The notes under the pieces: generated by a model
Told to the model about the DNA's origin: nothing
What the model saw: only the letters and a program-made list of their open reading frames with translations
Database searches by the model: none
Shown: in pieces, positions 62,867 through 64,000 of the stretch
Layout: the number at the start of each line of letters is the position of its first letter
Numbering within the stretch: position 1 is the first letter of the stretch
Position numbers and translations under genes: made by a program
Assembly (NCBI GenBank): GCA_965213625.1
Contig: CBDBZU010000004.1
Coordinates: forward strand, 960,001-1,024,000
DNA length: 64,000 nt
Reading direction: 5' to 3'
From: a bacterium
GTDB taxonomy: Bacteria; UBA8248

Positions 62867-63493
62867 ATGAGAATCCAAAACGCGCAATTCATCACAAGCG
62901 CCGCCGATCGTGGAGGCTGGCCGAGGGCGGCGTTGCCCGAGGTCGCCTTTGCAGGCAGGAGCAACGTCGGGAAATCCTCGCTCATCAATTTCCTGACCAA
63001 CCGCAAGAACCTGGCCAAGACGAGCGCTACGCCGGGCAAGACGCAGCTCGTCAATTTTTTTGAAGTGGATGATCGCTTCAATCTCGTGGATTTGCCGGGC
63101 TATGGCTACGCGAAGGTGCCGCTCGTCGAAAGGGCCCGCTGGCGGCCGATGATCGAGACCTATCTCGAGCACCGCGAAACGCTCCAGGGCGTGGTGGTGC
63201 TCATCGATTCGCGCCGCGGAGCGCGGGAGATGGACCTGCACCTGCTCGAATGGCTCGCGGCGGTGAATCTGCCGGCCTGTCTGGCGCTCACGAAGGCGGA
63301 CAAGCTGAAGCAAAACGAGCGCAAAGGCGTTCTGGACGCGCTCGTGAAAACCATGGTCGACGGCGGCGGATTGTACGGTCACTGGTCCGGCCCGATTCTC
63401 TGCAGCGCGAACACGGGGCTCGGCAAGCGGGAGATTCTCGCCCAGATGGCCGAGTGGCTGAGCGAGCCGCCCCGCGACGCGCCCGCCGCATAA
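62867..63493 (+). CDS. engB: Ribosome biogenesis GTPase YihA/YsxC
   Basis: GRSNVGKSS, TPGKT, DLPGYGYA, TKADK. Confidence 0.96.
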   Translation: MRIQNAQFITSAADRGGWPRAALPEVAFAGRSNVGKSSLINFLTNRKNLAKTSATPGKTQLVNFFEVDDRFNLVDLPGYGYAKVPLVERARWRPMIETYLEHRETLQGVVVLIDSRRGAREMDLHLLEWLAAVNLPACLALTKADKLKQNERKGVLDALVKTMVDGGGLYGHWSGPILCSANTGLGKREILAQMAEWLSEPPRDAPAA

Positions 63494-63616
63494 ATTCCGA
63501 AGGGGAGGATTCTCGCAGCATGCGCGCATATCTGCTAGAGTGGGCCATCGACCGCCTGAAAGAGCGTTCCGACAAAAAAACAGCACCTTTGCGCGATACA
63601 TCACCTGAGGACGAGC

Positions 63617-64000
63617 GTGCCGGAAAAGAAAAAAGCGGCTCCGAAAGCAGCCAGGAAGAAAGCGGCGAAGCCAAAACCAAAAGCTGACGTGCGCGGCTGG
63701 GCGCCGGGGGTTCCAAAGGAAAAGCCGAAAGGCAGAACCTATGACGGCCCCTTGAACGTGAACGCGAAACCCAAGCGGGCGGACAGGATTTTCTTCGGCA
63801 CGGGCGGGGTTCCGCATTCGGCCAAGCCGCAGACCCACCCGGCGGCGGTGCGCAGGCTTCACGAGCTGGGCCTGGGCGTCTACGAGATGGAATTCGTCCA
63901 CGGCGTGCGCATCCGCGAGGAGACCTGCGAAGAGGTGATGGCCGCCCAGGCCGAGACGGGCGTTCAGGTCACCGCGCACGGGCCCTATTACGTGAACCTC
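63617..64000 (+). CDS. Endonuclease IV-like TIM-barrel protein, truncated by window end (not in ORF track)
   Basis: Manual translation from GTG 63617: MPEKKKAAPKAARKKAAKPKPK...FFGTGGVP...EMEFVHGV...TAHGPYYVNL. Confidence 0.8.
   Translation, partial: MPEKKKAAPKAARKKAAKPKPKADVRGWAPGVPKEKPKGRTYDGPLNVNAKPKRADRIFFGTGGVPHSAKPQTHPAAVRRLHELGLGVYEMEFVHGVRIREETCEEVMAAQAETGVQVTAHGPYYVNL

Noticed and set aside
63520-63687. 55-aa ORF after a GGAGGA sequence
   Set aside because: Overlaps the better-supported endonuclease IV frame and has no motifs; cannot be supported.

Overview
A GC-rich Gram-negative bacterial chromosome segment spanning the replication origin. The core is rpmH-rnpA-yidD-yidC on the minus strand and dnaA-oriC-recF-gyrB-gyrA on the plus strand, plus mnmE-mnmG-parS(x3)-parA-parB-bactofilin. 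The origin cluster is atypical. dnaN is absent between dnaA and recF, rsmG and jag are absent, and a ~10 kb block sits between yidC and mnmE. That block holds a ProVWX-type ABC transporter, galT, a CapA-like gene, two SDRs, a methyltransferase, a signal-peptide thioredoxin that appears to be a UxxC selenoprotein, and a soluble protein fusing a FliG C-terminal domain to two membrane-less MotA-like modules. The FliG-MotA fusion is the best candidate for an undescribed system. Elsewhere there are a probable two-subunit NAD synthetase, a complete isc operon with tandem IscR-like operators, and a Tat-lipoprotein vanadium haloperoxidase followed by a frameshifted porin. The window also holds mutY, truD, rsmI, engB and a truncated archaeal-like endonuclease IV with a Lys/Ala-rich tail. 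Intergenic DNA carries GTAG-type REPs and a 197-bp MITE with a 4-bp target duplication. No rRNA, tRNA or CRISPR array was seen. All family assignments come from motif recognition by eye; no database search was run.
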